From an uncultured Deferribacteres bacterium (lineage in GTDB: Bacteria > Zhuqueibacterota > Zhuqueibacteria > Zhuqueibacterales > Geothermadaptataceae), in contig CAXHAT010000082.1 in assembly GCA_964014485.1 (NCBI GenBank), positions 1 through 33,133 of the forward strand: a stretch of 33,133 bases of DNA, read 5' to 3'. Below the pieces are notes generated by a model, which did not search any database, was not told the DNA's origin, and was given only the letters and a program-made list of their open reading frames with translations. Below, one piece after another: positions 1-8,500 of this stretch. Position 1 is the first letter of the stretch; every line of letters begins with the position of its first letter. A program made the translations under genes and the position numbers.

Positions 1-96
1 GCGAATGGAAGCCACGGATTGTTGCGCCGTTCGGACTTTATCAGGAAAGCGCTTGCGCCAGGCGCCCCCGCCGCGTTTTTTTCGTTTATTTTCCAT
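1..96 (-). CDS. 5' fragment of a probable acetyl-CoA hydrolase/CoA-transferase-like protein (runs off the window edge)
   Basis: ATG at 96-94 overlaps the hypA stop. Hand translation MENKRKKRGGGAWRKRFPDKVRTAQQSVASIR is open to the edge; W-x-x-x-(F/Y)-P-x-K-x-x-T-A...I-R resembles acetyl-CoA hydrolase family N-termini. Only 32 codons are visible. Confidence 0.45.
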   Translation of the reverse strand, partial: MENKRKKRGGGAWRKRFPDKVRTAQQSVASIR

Positions 97-460
97 GCGA
101 GTATTCCGGCTCGTCAGTTTGTTCAACTTCCAGAAAAGTAATGTCTAATTCTTGCCCGCCGTGCATCTCTATGCTGCGCGATTGACAGGCGGGACATGAA
201 AAAATGAGTTCTTGCATCGCAAATTTTTCATTGCAGTCCCGGCACTCGCCACCCACAGGCGTTCGCTCGATTGCGAGCTCCGTTTCCGCGAGAATCGTCT
301 CTTTTTTCAGCGCATCGAAGCCGAACTCCAACGCATCGGGCAGTACGTCGCTGAGCACGCCTATCTTTAAGCCAATCGTGCGCACCGGCGGCAAATTTTG
401 GCTCTGAATCTCGCCGAGAACGGTCTTCAGAATATTTTGGGCTATGGATAACTCGTGCAT
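86..460 (-). CDS. hypA: Hydrogenase maturation nickel metallochaperone HypA
   Basis: Starts MHELSIA, two CxxC zinc motifs (CRDC, CPAC), C-terminal GQEL; lies in a hydrogenase operon. Confidence 0.97.
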   Translation of the reverse strand: MHELSIAQNILKTVLGEIQSQNLPPVRTIGLKIGVLSDVLPDALEFGFDALKKETILAETELAIERTPVGGECRDCNEKFAMQELIFSCPACQSRSIEMHGGQELDITFLEVEQTDEPEYSHGK

Positions 461-484
461 CGCTCAAGTTGTTTGTCAATTTAA

Positions 485-870
485 CTGATGTTACGCACAG
501 TAACACATTTCATGGAAATCAAGAGCAAACATCGTCTCATTAGCGCCGAGCTTCAGCCCGGTGATGTGCAAACGTCCATTTTCATCTCTTCCGCGCCGCT
601 AGCGTGGCGGAAGAGAGAGGAGAGCCGTCTTCAAAAATCTCCGCTCTGAAGGGTACTGTTGGCGAATTTCGGATGACTGCCCGGGCGTCTCATTAGCCGC
701 GCGCTTCAGCGCGTGGACCCGGTCGGGCGCTCTTCTTTTTCCCCCGCCGAGTTAACTCGGCGGGGGAAAAAGGGGGGATGAGCTTGCACTCGTGCCTACG
801 CGCTGAAGCGCGCAGCTAATGAGAATCAAAAGTTGCCCACGGGCGTCAAACGAAGCATGCGTAACATCAG
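485..870. mobile_element. MITE-like element copy A (386 bp, composite interior, opposite orientation to copies B and C)
   Basis: Termini CTGATGTTACGCA (485) and TGCGTAACATCAG (870); perfect 7-bp flanking direct repeat AATTTAA at 478-484 and 871-877. Interior has a truncated (534-651) and a complete (687-824) TCTCATTAGC...GCTAATGAGA hairpin unit. Confidence 0.85.
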
Positions 871-877
871 AATTTAA

Positions 878-1480
878 TTATTCACGCCTTTTCGCGTTCT
901 GATATTCAAAAACAGCTTCTCGCACATCCTTCATTTTAAACCCGTACTTGTTTCTCAAAACGCTCAATTTTTCACCGCTGGAGGTCGTCTCCGGCAATCG
1001 CAGCGCTCTTAAAATAAAAGCGGCGGGGACGCCGGTCGTCTTTTCAATGTCCTGCAAAGTCATGGCGCCGCGGATTGTGAACTCGTCGGTTTCGTGACTT
1101 TCGTGCGAGGCCGTGGTGTTGGCGCCAAGCTCTTTCTCAACGGGTGCAAGCAACGGCGAAACGGCGATGATCAAAACGGTCAGCGCTCCAAGCAGGCCAA
1201 GCCCGAGGCGAAAGCCGGAGCTTTCCGTGCTTCTTCCCTTGATCATGCAGACGATCCACCGCCAATGCAAAACCAGATGAAGCGCGAGTACTGAAAAAAA
1301 CACCACGGCAAGCCAAAAATGGACGTCGACCCATTCATGGCGATCAAGCGCCCAAATTGTGGTGTGACGACCACTGCCGGGCGGCAAAAGATAGCGCATA
1401 ATCACGCCGGTGGAGGTCATCAAAACAAAAGCGGTAAAGGCAAGCGAATCAACAAGAAAATTTATGTGCTTACGTTTCAT
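878..1480 (-). CDS. DUF4405-like membrane protein (possible heme-b ligand His residues) with soluble C-terminal domain
   Basis: Three hydrophobic segments; motifs W-x-x-x-H-F-W and HLVLHWRWI typical of DUF4405. ATG at 1480 chosen over TTG at 1492. Confidence 0.75.
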   Translation of the reverse strand: MKRKHINFLVDSLAFTAFVLMTSTGVIMRYLLPPGSGRHTTIWALDRHEWVDVHFWLAVVFFSVLALHLVLHWRWIVCMIKGRSTESSGFRLGLGLLGALTVLIIAVSPLLAPVEKELGANTTASHESHETDEFTIRGAMTLQDIEKTTGVPAAFILRALRLPETTSSGEKLSVLRNKYGFKMKDVREAVFEYQNAKRRE

Positions 1481-1529
1481 GACGATATCCAATGAGTATT
1501 TTTTAGTGTTTCAAAGCTAGGCGGTCAAC

Positions 1530-1994
1530 TCACAAAACTTCACTCAAAACAGCTTTTATGACTACCCGCGCGGATTGACGCACGGATTCCGAGATTGCCT
1601 CGCCATTGCCAAACGCCCGCCCTTCGACGCCGTAAATGATCAGCCGTTTGGGCAGTTTATTCAACGTACGCGCCAATTCGACGGCTTCAGCCAGACTGAA
1701 TGCGTGAGTGGAGTAATTGAAAAAGCGTGCTGGAATGGGCTCTTCATCCGCGGCAAGACGGAAAATCTTGCCCGCCTCAGCGCCGGAAGAAACAGCATCG
1801 ACGACGATGACAAAATCATGATCGCGCCATGCTTCCATCAATCCGGCCCCTTCACCGGAATGTTCGATGACAGTTGCGGCGCCGGCTAGCTTTTTTCTCA
1901 ATTCTTGCGCGACAAAAGCTCCAAGCCCGTCGTCACCGCGCAATGGATTGCCGACGCCGATAACGAGCGGACTTTTTCGCGCTGCGCCAGCCAT
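1530..1994 (-). CDS. Hydrogenase maturation endopeptidase (HycI/HybD family)
   Basis: Motifs IGVGNPLRGDDGLG, VVDAV and STH; directly downstream of the large subunit. Confidence 0.95.
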   Translation of the reverse strand: MAGAARKSPLVIGVGNPLRGDDGLGAFVAQELRKKLAGAATVIEHSGEGAGLMEAWRDHDFVIVVDAVSSGAEAGKIFRLAADEEPIPARFFNYSTHAFSLAEAVELARTLNKLPKRLIIYGVEGRAFGNGEAISESVRQSARVVIKAVLSEVL

Positions 1995-1995
1995 G

Positions 1996-3303
1996 TCATT
2001 CGCGCTCAATGTCCAGTTTCAGAAAATGGGTTGCACAGGAGATGCAAGGGTCGTAGTTGCGAACGGCTTGCTCGCATTTCCAGGTGAGATCGGCGTCGGA
2101 AAGGTGCAAATGCGACGGGATAAAGTTGGCGAGATCCCGCTCGATCGTTTTTTGATTTTGAGATGTCGGCGGGACGATCTTGGCGTCCAATATCTCGCCG
2201 CGAGCATCGAAACGGTACCGGTGATAAAGAATGCCGCGCGGCGCTTCCGTGCAAGCGTAGCCTACGCCGGCGCGCGGGGAAACTTCGACGTAAGGGCGTT
2301 CCGGGGGTTCATAATTTTCTATGATTCGCAGCGCTTCGTCGCAGGCGTAGAGCGTTTCCACGCTGCGAGCGATGATGCTCTTAAAGGGGTTTCGACAACC
2401 GGGCCCAAAACCGGCTTCGCGCGCCGTTTCCTTCGTCAGATCCGACAATTGGTCGAAATTCAAGCTGGTGCGCGCCAACGGCCCGACAAAGTACGAACCG
2501 CCGTCAGTTTTATGAGATTGCAGAGCGTTTGAATGGCTGACGTGCTCTTCCACAAAATGTTGGTCGTATTCCTGAACGGGAATGTCCAGCCCTCTATTTG
2601 AAATCATTCGCCCTTCGTTAAAAGGGTATTCGTCTGGATGATGCAACGAGACAAATTCATAATCTTGCTCGAAATCGGGAAACGGCAGCGTCGCGGCCCA
2701 ACGGACGGTTTCGACGGCGGCGTCCCGCGCCCACTTCAATTTTTCGGTCAGCTCGGCAAAGTCACGCTTTTTCGGCGTTTTGTAAAATCCGCCGACACGC
2801 ACGTTGATCGGGTGAATTTCACGCCCGCCAACAAGATTCACAATGTCGTTGCCTGTTTTTTTCAATTGCAAGCCGCGCTCAACCGCTTCGGGATGATCTT
2901 TGGCCATGGCGATCACATCTTGATAGCCGAGGAAATCCGGCGCGTGCAGCATGTAAACGTGTAGTACGTGGCTTTCGATCCACTCGCCGCAGTAGATGAG
3001 GCGTCTCAGTTCGCGCAAGGCGCCGCCGACGTGCGCGCCAAATGCGCCTTCCACGGCATGCACGGCGCTCATTTGGTAGGCAATCGGGCAAATGCCGCAA
3101 ATGCGTGCGGTGATATCCGGCGGTTCCGAAAAATCCCGCCCGCGCAGAAACGCTTCAAAAAAGCGCGGCGGTTCGAAAATTCTTAGTTTGGCGTCGGCGA
3201 CTTTACCTTTTTTGATTTTTACCGAAAGCGCGCCCTCGCCTTCCACGCGCGCCAGATAATCGACCTTGATCGATCTGTTTTTACCTGTTTTTTGGGCGCC
3301 CAT
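1996..3303 (-). CDS. hydA: Group 3b NiFe hydrogenase (sulfhydrogenase-type) large/alpha subunit
   Basis: RVEGEG, L1 motif RICGICP, L2 motif [12 protein letters not shown] followed by a cleavable tail [14 protein letters not shown]. Confidence 0.96.
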   Translation of the reverse strand: MGAQKTGKNRSIKVDYLARVEGEGALSVKIKKGKVADAKLRIFEPPRFFEAFLRGRDFSEPPDITARICGICPIAYQMSAVHAVEGAFGAHVGGALRELRRLIYCGEWIESHVLHVYMLHAPDFLGYQDVIAMAKDHPEAVERGLQLKKTGNDIVNLVGGREIHPINVRVGGFYKTPKKRDFAELTEKLKWARDAAVETVRWAATLPFPDFEQDYEFVSLHHPDEYPFNEGRMISNRGLDIPVQEYDQHFVEEHVSHSNALQSHKTDGGSYFVGPLARTSLNFDQLSDLTKETAREAGFGPGCRNPFKSIIARSVETLYACDEALRIIENYEPPERPYVEVSPRAGVGYACTEAPRGILYHRYRFDARGEILDAKIVPPTSQNQKTIERDLANFIPSHLHLSDADLTWKCEQAVRNYDPCISCATHFLKLDIERE

Positions 3304-3325
3304 ATTGGTTCATCCTGAGACGTAT

Positions 3326-3509
3326 TTGTGAAACCCTTTCAGGGTATTGGTTTTACATTTGGTTTCCGTTACCCAGGGCGTTGCCCTGGGCTTTGTTATG
3401 TAACGCCTTCGGCGTAACATTACCGCGAAGCGGTTTGACAACACAGCCTAGGGCAACGCCCTGGGTTTGAGAGCATTCGACGCCGTTTTACTCCGAAGGA
3501 GTTGAACAA
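3326..3509. repeat. REP/BIME-like doublet: two inverted units of three hairpins each
   Basis: ACCCTTTCAGGGT, CCCAGGGCGTTGCCCTGGG, ACGCCTTCGGCGT mirrored by ACCGCGAAGCGGT, CCTAGGGCAACGCCCTGGG, ACTCCGAAGGAGT. Confidence 0.8.
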
Positions 3510-3566
3510 GACTATCATCGATACGCCGAGGCTGAATGACCAATGCCGCGAAGCAAATGACGCTCC

Positions 3567-4349
3567 TTAATGCTCATGCGACTCGCTCTCCTTCCGAAAA
3601 GATTCCGACCAGGCGTTAAATCCGCGATAGAGACGGACAAGCTCGTTCTTGCGCATACCTTGACGCTCTTCGAGCCAAGCGCTCAACGCGGCGGGCTGCG
3701 GCGTTTCCTTTGGGCCATAGCAGCCGAAACAGCCGCGATTGTACGACGGACAAAGCGCATCGCAGCCTGCGTGGGTGACGGGGCCCAAACAAGGCGTACC
3801 GTGCGCGACCATAACGCAGACATTGCCGCGCAGCTTGCATTCGACGCAAACGCTGTGCGGCGGCGTAATCGGCTTGCGTCCGTTCAAAAATGCGTTCAAA
3901 ACTTCGAGCAATTGCTGCTTGTTGATTGGGCAGCCGCGCAGCTCAAAATCGACCGGGACATGCTCGGCAATCGGGGTCGATGTTTTCAGGGTCGAGATAT
4001 ATTCGGGCGAGGCGTAGACAATTGAGGTAAAATCACGCACGTCTTTGAAATTGCGCAATGCCTGAATGCCGCCCGCGGTTGCGCACGCGCCGATGGTGAT
4101 GAGAATTTTCGACTGTTTGCGCACGCTTCGGATGCGTTCGGCGTCATGCGGCGTGGTGACCGAGCCTTCGACGAGCGAAATATCGTACGGTCCCTTAACC
4201 ACGGCGCGCGACGCTTCAGGGAAATTGGCGATTTCCACCGCTCCGGCGACGGTCAAAAGTTCGTCTTCACAATCCAGTAAGCTGAGCTGACAGCCGTCGC
4301 AGGAGGCGAACTTCCAAACTGCCAGTTTTGGTTTTTTGGATTTTGACAT
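3567..4349 (-). CDS. hydD: Group 3b NiFe hydrogenase small/delta subunit
   Basis: SCDGC, VEGSV, IGACA, LRGCP motifs and Cys-rich C-terminus (CVEC, CLGP, CFGCYG). Confidence 0.95.
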   Translation of the reverse strand: MSKSKKPKLAVWKFASCDGCQLSLLDCEDELLTVAGAVEIANFPEASRAVVKGPYDISLVEGSVTTPHDAERIRSVRKQSKILITIGACATAGGIQALRNFKDVRDFTSIVYASPEYISTLKTSTPIAEHVPVDFELRGCPINKQQLLEVLNAFLNGRKPITPPHSVCVECKLRGNVCVMVAHGTPCLGPVTHAGCDALCPSYNRGCFGCYGPKETPQPAALSAWLEERQGMRKNELVRLYRGFNAWSESFRKESESHEH

Positions 4350-4357
4350 TTGGCGCT

Positions 4358-5191
4358 CTAAATCTCGTGCGTGATAAACAATTCATGAATTTGATGATAA
4401 GGGAAAACCGGCCCGTCTTTGCAAATGAAGTGCGGGCCATACTGACAATGCCCGCAAAAGCCGACGGCGCATTTCATGTTGCGTTCCATCGAAACGTAAA
4501 TCCGATCCTGCGTCACGCCGCGCGTCTGCAAGCCGGAGACGCAGAAACGCATCATAATTTCAGGGCCGCAAACCATGGCGACGGCGCTTTCTTCGTCGAA
4601 AGGAATCCGTTGGATTAAATTGGTAACAACGCCAACATTGCCGTGCCACTTTTTATCCGCGACGTCTACGGTAACAAACACTTCGACGTCAAGAAGGCTG
4701 CTCCATTTGCGCAATTCGCTTTGAAATAAAAGATCGCCGGGAGTGCGTGCGCCATAAAGCAATACGATTTTGCCGTATTGATCGCGATGCGTCAGCAAGT
4801 GATAAATCGTTGGGCGCAACGGCGCCAAACCAATGCCGCCCGCAATCACGACAACGTCTTTGCCGTGCGCTTCTTCAACCGGCCAGGAACTGCCGAAAGG
4901 GCCGCGTAAACCAATCACGTCGCCTTTGCGCAAACGCTGCATCGGGTTTGTCACTGTTCCGACTGCACGGATCGTGTGAACGACTTTTTCGCTCTTTTCG
5001 GGGTCGCCGCTTATCGAAATCGGCGCTTCACCAACACCGAAAACATAGAGCATGTTGAATTGGCCAGGCCCGAAGTGAAAATCCTCGCCATTCTCCGCTG
5101 CGAGCGTCACCGTAAACGTATCGGCGGTCTCTTTTTTGTATTTTTCAACAACGAACGCTTCAGGAAGCATCGGGTCGGTCGCCGGCGTCAT
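4358..5191 (-). CDS. hydG: Sulfhydrogenase gamma subunit (FAD/NAD(P)-binding, 2Fe-2S; AsrB/PyrK-like)
   Basis: [36 protein letters not shown]...C. Start at 5191 has a GAGG Shine-Dalgarno; the alternative start is 5215. Confidence 0.94.
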   Translation of the reverse strand: MTPATDPMLPEAFVVEKYKKETADTFTVTLAAENGEDFHFGPGQFNMLYVFGVGEAPISISGDPEKSEKVVHTIRAVGTVTNPMQRLRKGDVIGLRGPFGSSWPVEEAHGKDVVVIAGGIGLAPLRPTIYHLLTHRDQYGKIVLLYGARTPGDLLFQSELRKWSSLLDVEVFVTVDVADKKWHGNVGVVTNLIQRIPFDEESAVAMVCGPEIMMRFCVSGLQTRGVTQDRIYVSMERNMKCAVGFCGHCQYGPHFICKDGPVFPYHQIHELFITHEI

Positions 5192-5201
5192 GGATTTTTC
5201 C

Positions 5202-5660
5202 TCAATGCTGTGCATAAATATCCAGCAGTTGCAGGTTTGTTGCGGTCAGGCGTTGTTCCATCATGTGTGCGATACGGCTCATGATTTCATAGCCGAGTTC
5301 ATGATCGGATTCACATTTTCCGCGCAAGCAAGGGCCGTCAAGAGAGATCGTGCGCGTCGGCGTTATGGCTCGCACGTCGAAATGCCAACGGTACGGCGTG
5401 ATCAGCCACGACCAGCCGAGCGCGTCACCGTCGTGTAAAGTTTGAATCGTGAGCCTGCCGCGTTGCGCGCCGCTGATTTCGAGCGCCACTGTGCCTTCAC
5501 GAATAAAATAGAATAAATCCGCCTTTTTGCCTGCTCGTCCGAGGTAGTCGCCTTTGTGAAAACGCTTGTTTGAAGCGCAGCCTACCAGTAAATCGACGTG
5601 TTCTTGCGACAATCCGCGTACAAAAGGGTGTGCTTCAAGAATCGGCTTCAGGTCTTTCAT
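5202..5660 (-). CDS. Stand-alone cyclic-nucleotide-binding (Crp N-terminal) domain protein
   Basis: cNMP beta-barrel pattern (FYFIREGTV...GDALGWSWL); too short to carry an HTH domain. Confidence 0.88.
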   Translation of the reverse strand: MKDLKPILEAHPFVRGLSQEHVDLLVGCASNKRFHKGDYLGRAGKKADLFYFIREGTVALEISGAQRGRLTIQTLHDGDALGWSWLITPYRWHFDVRAITPTRTISLDGPCLRGKCESDHELGYEIMSRIAHMMEQRLTATNLQLLDIYAQH

Positions 5661-5675
5661 CAAGTTTCTCCGCGA

Positions 5676-6794
5676 TTATTTTTTTCGCTCGTCAGTTTCA
5701 CGAATGGCGCGCGCTTCTTCGGTAATATCAATGCCCACCGGACACCAGGCAATGCAGCGCCCGCACCCGATACAGCCGCTGGTTTCGAATTGATCGTGCC
5801 AACTGGCGAGTTTGTGCGTCATCCACTGCCGGTAGCGTGAGGCGGCGGAAGGACGAATGGCGCCGCCGTGGATGTAGGAAAAATCCATCGTGAAGCACGA
5901 ATCCCAGCGCCGCCAGCGCTCGGCTGTGTCGCCGGTCAAATCAGTCACGTCTTCAACGGTGGTGCAAAAACAGGTTGGGCAAACCATCGTGCAATTGGCG
6001 CAATTGAGGCAGCGCTCCGCCACGTCGTTCCAACGGTCGTGTTCGAGATTTGCGTAAAGCAGTTCCTTGAGGCCGTCGGTTTCGAGCCGTCTGGTCATTT
6101 GCTCGCGCGTATTGTCGATGACTTTTTCGCCTTTCTCGGTCTCGGCTGCGCTTGCTTTCGTGCAGGGCAGTTTTTCCAAGATGCGCTCGCCCGCCTCCGA
6201 ACCGCTCTGCATCAAAAAATAGTGCTCGCTTTCGGTCAACACTTCCGTGAGCGACAGATCAAAACCGCTTTTTGCGGACGGCCCGGAGCCCATCGAGGTG
6301 CAAAAGCAGGTCGCCGCCGCCTGAGAACAGTTGGTTGTGATGATAAAAGCGTTTTGGCGGTTCGCCTGATAAACGGGGTCGGTGAAATGTTCGCCGAGGA
6401 AAACGCGATCCTGCACTTCAATCGCGCTGAGTTCGCAAGGCCGCACGCCCAAAAACGCGTAGCGCGTTTCTTCGCGTTCTTCTTTCGTTAGTTCGAAGCC
6501 GTTTTCAGAGCGTTTTGCCTGGAACAATCGCACCTTTGGAGGATGCAAATATTTTTTCCAGGATTGCGGCCCAAGATTATAACCGAAAAGCGCCCGATCA
6601 TCGCGTTTTCGCAGGCGATATTCGCCGGGCGCTTGTTCATCGCCCCAACCAATTGGCAAGTCTTCAACGGAGGAAATCTTGTCGTAGACGATAGCCTGAT
6701 CTTCCAGAGTCGGTCCGACAACTTCGTAGCCGTCTTCATGCAAAGCATCCAGAATTGTCTGAAAGTCGTCCGCTTCAAGCCTGAATTCGCCCAT
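5676..6794 (-). CDS. hydB: Sulfhydrogenase beta subunit (4Fe-4S dicluster, AsrA-like)
   Basis: [44 protein letters not shown] at 6794 preferred. Confidence 0.94.
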   Translation of the reverse strand: MGEFRLEADDFQTILDALHEDGYEVVGPTLEDQAIVYDKISSVEDLPIGWGDEQAPGEYRLRKRDDRALFGYNLGPQSWKKYLHPPKVRLFQAKRSENGFELTKEEREETRYAFLGVRPCELSAIEVQDRVFLGEHFTDPVYQANRQNAFIITTNCSQAAATCFCTSMGSGPSAKSGFDLSLTEVLTESEHYFLMQSGSEAGERILEKLPCTKASAAETEKGEKVIDNTREQMTRRLETDGLKELLYANLEHDRWNDVAERCLNCANCTMVCPTCFCTTVEDVTDLTGDTAERWRRWDSCFTMDFSYIHGGAIRPSAASRYRQWMTHKLASWHDQFETSGCIGCGRCIAWCPVGIDITEEARAIRETDERKK

Positions 6795-6884
6795 CGTTTT
6801 TTCTTTATTTTTTTGCATATTCGAATTTGAGAAATCTACGACAAGACACAAGTGTAATGGAACAGTCTCGTCAAAAACGTGATT

Positions 6885-7610
6885 CTAATCTTCAGGTTTG
6901 ACCAGGCTTTTCCGGGATTTTTTCAGCTTATGCGCCAGAGCGTCAATCAGGGTTTTTGCCGCGGCGTCTACATCGAGATGCTTGGTATTCAGAAAAAGAT
7001 CATACCTCAGCGGATCGTCGATATCCCGCCGGAAATACTTCCGTGTATAGTTCACCTGCTCTTCTTCTTTGCGCTTGATCAGCGTCGCGGTGCTACCCCG
7101 ACCTTGCTGCATTTCATCGGAGACATAAGTGATGCGGTCATCCAACGGCGCTGCGATCCGCACTTTCAGCGTCGTTTCATCAGGCATAATGAAATTTCCG
7201 CCGCGCCCGACAATAACGGCGCTTTCGTGGCGGCCTATCGACGCCATCGTCGCGACAAGATGCTTGAAGTACCTGTCCTTGCTTAATGAGTGACTATGCA
7301 GAATCGTCATCACCCAATCATTCAGCTCCTGGCGCGTTTTTTCATCGAACATCTCAACAATATTCGTATGAACGTCCGCGCGGCTTGCAATCGCTTCCAC
7401 CAACTCTTTATCGTAAACGGTCCAGTTCAGCGCTTTGCCCAAAGCATTCGCAATATCGACTCCCCGACTGCCGATCTCTCGCGAAACTGTGATGCATGGA
7501 AAAAAACCGCCCTTTTTCAGCTTTCCAGGGTCTTTGGCAACGTGTTCCCAAAGTTCAATCTGGCGAGACGCCAATTGATCGATGGGAATCACTCGTGATA
7601 CTTTCAGCAT
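6885..7610 (-). CDS. Cytidylate-kinase-like family protein
   Basis: ITVSREIGSRG P-loop variant, VIVGRGG, RIAAPLDDR, YDLFLNT; AGGAG Shine-Dalgarno upstream. Confidence 0.85.
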   Translation of the reverse strand: MLKVSRVIPIDQLASRQIELWEHVAKDPGKLKKGGFFPCITVSREIGSRGVDIANALGKALNWTVYDKELVEAIASRADVHTNIVEMFDEKTRQELNDWVMTILHSHSLSKDRYFKHLVATMASIGRHESAVIVGRGGNFIMPDETTLKVRIAAPLDDRITYVSDEMQQGRGSTATLIKRKEEEQVNYTRKYFRRDIDDPLRYDLFLNTKHLDVDAAAKTLIDALAHKLKKSRKSLVKPED

Positions 7611-7686
7611 GTCTCACGCTCCTGGTGATCAATCAACGGATTGTGCACGATCTCGACGAATCGGCTTGTTTTGACTCTTGGGCCAA

Positions 7687-7702
7687 CGCAATTAGCAAGC
7701 CA
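7687..7702 (-). promoter_or_regulatory. Candidate sigma54 (-24/-12) promoter for the hydrogenase operon
   Basis: Minus strand reads TGGCTTGCTAATTGCG: GG-N10-GC spacing with TTGC, about 77 bp upstream of the ATG at 7610. An IHF-like CAA-N4-TTA lies at about 7720-7732. Confidence 0.55.
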
Positions 7703-7937
7703 CAGTAGCGTCACAAACATAAACCGTTGTATTTTATGCAGTTAGCGTACACAAACGATACGCCGTCTTGTGATGAAGATTCGTAAAATCGATAAGAACG
7801 AAGAGCCTTTTCCTAGAATTGAGAACGGCGCGTCAAGGCAAGGCTCCAAAGCAACTTTTTTCGGAGTGCGGCGATGAATCGTCGTCCCGCCGGGCCGCTT
7901 CAAAACACAGAAATTGCAAAGCGTTTCACAGCGTGTT

Positions 7938-7965
7938 GTAGAGGTTCAAGATTTTGAACCCCTAC
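7938..7965. repeat. 28-bp GTAG...CTAC REP-like palindrome (family 1)
   Basis: GTAGAGGTTCAAGATTTTGAACCCCTAC; near-identical copy at 23373. Confidence 0.8.
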
Positions 7966-8217
7966 CGCAAGATGACGCTTTACAAAAAATTTATCTTGAG
8001 TCCGCTTCCACGGCAAACGCTGAAGCGCTTGACTCCAACGCCACTTTTGGAAAAGGTTTCGTTGTTTCGCGCCGAGGCGCTGCAGCTTAACGGACGACAT
8101 TTTGAGCCCGCAGCTTTGCTTTGAACACGGTGCAAGGAATTCGCAGTGAATGACTTGCGGAATTGGAAAAATGAGGTGATCTTTTCGAGATGATTCAATC
8201 GTCGGTAATTTTATTTG

Positions 8218-8459
8218 CTGATGTTACGCACGCGTTGTTTGGCACGAGCAATCAAAGCCTGCGGGTAACTTTCGGTTCTCACTAGCTCCGCTCTTCAGAG
8301 CGGAGACTTTTGAAGACGCCCGTCCCCTCTCTTCCGCCGCTCTGGCGCGGCGGAAGAGAAGAAAATGGGCGTTTTGTGCGTCACCGGGCTGAAGCCCGGC
8401 GCTAATGAGACGAGATTTGCCTCAAGATTCAGGATGTGCGTTGACGCGCATAACATCAG
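8218..8459. mobile_element. MITE-like element copy B (242 bp)
   Basis: CTGATGTTACGC...GCATAACATCAG; flanks TTATTTG and TTACTTA (5/7 match, eroded TSD). Interior is colinear with copy C. Confidence 0.85.
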
Positions 8460-8500
8460 TTACTTATCCAACGAACTCGCGCTTACAGGAGGACTACGCT

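Noticed and set aside
736..771. Perfect GC-rich palindrome with T and A runs as an intrinsic terminator
   Set aside because: On both strands the T-run precedes the stem and the A-run follows it, the reverse of a Rho-independent terminator; it is MITE cargo.
485..870. Dispersed repeats as a CRISPR array
   Set aside because: There is no regular repeat-spacer periodicity and no cas genes.
8238..8256. TGGCACG in MITE copies B and C as portable sigma54 promoters
   Set aside because: The -24 box is present but there is no GC at the -12 position.
8405..8500. N-terminal extension of the M14 peptidase ORF
   Set aside because: The start lies inside MITE copy B; a Shine-Dalgarno-backed TTG at 8501 yields a proper signal peptide.
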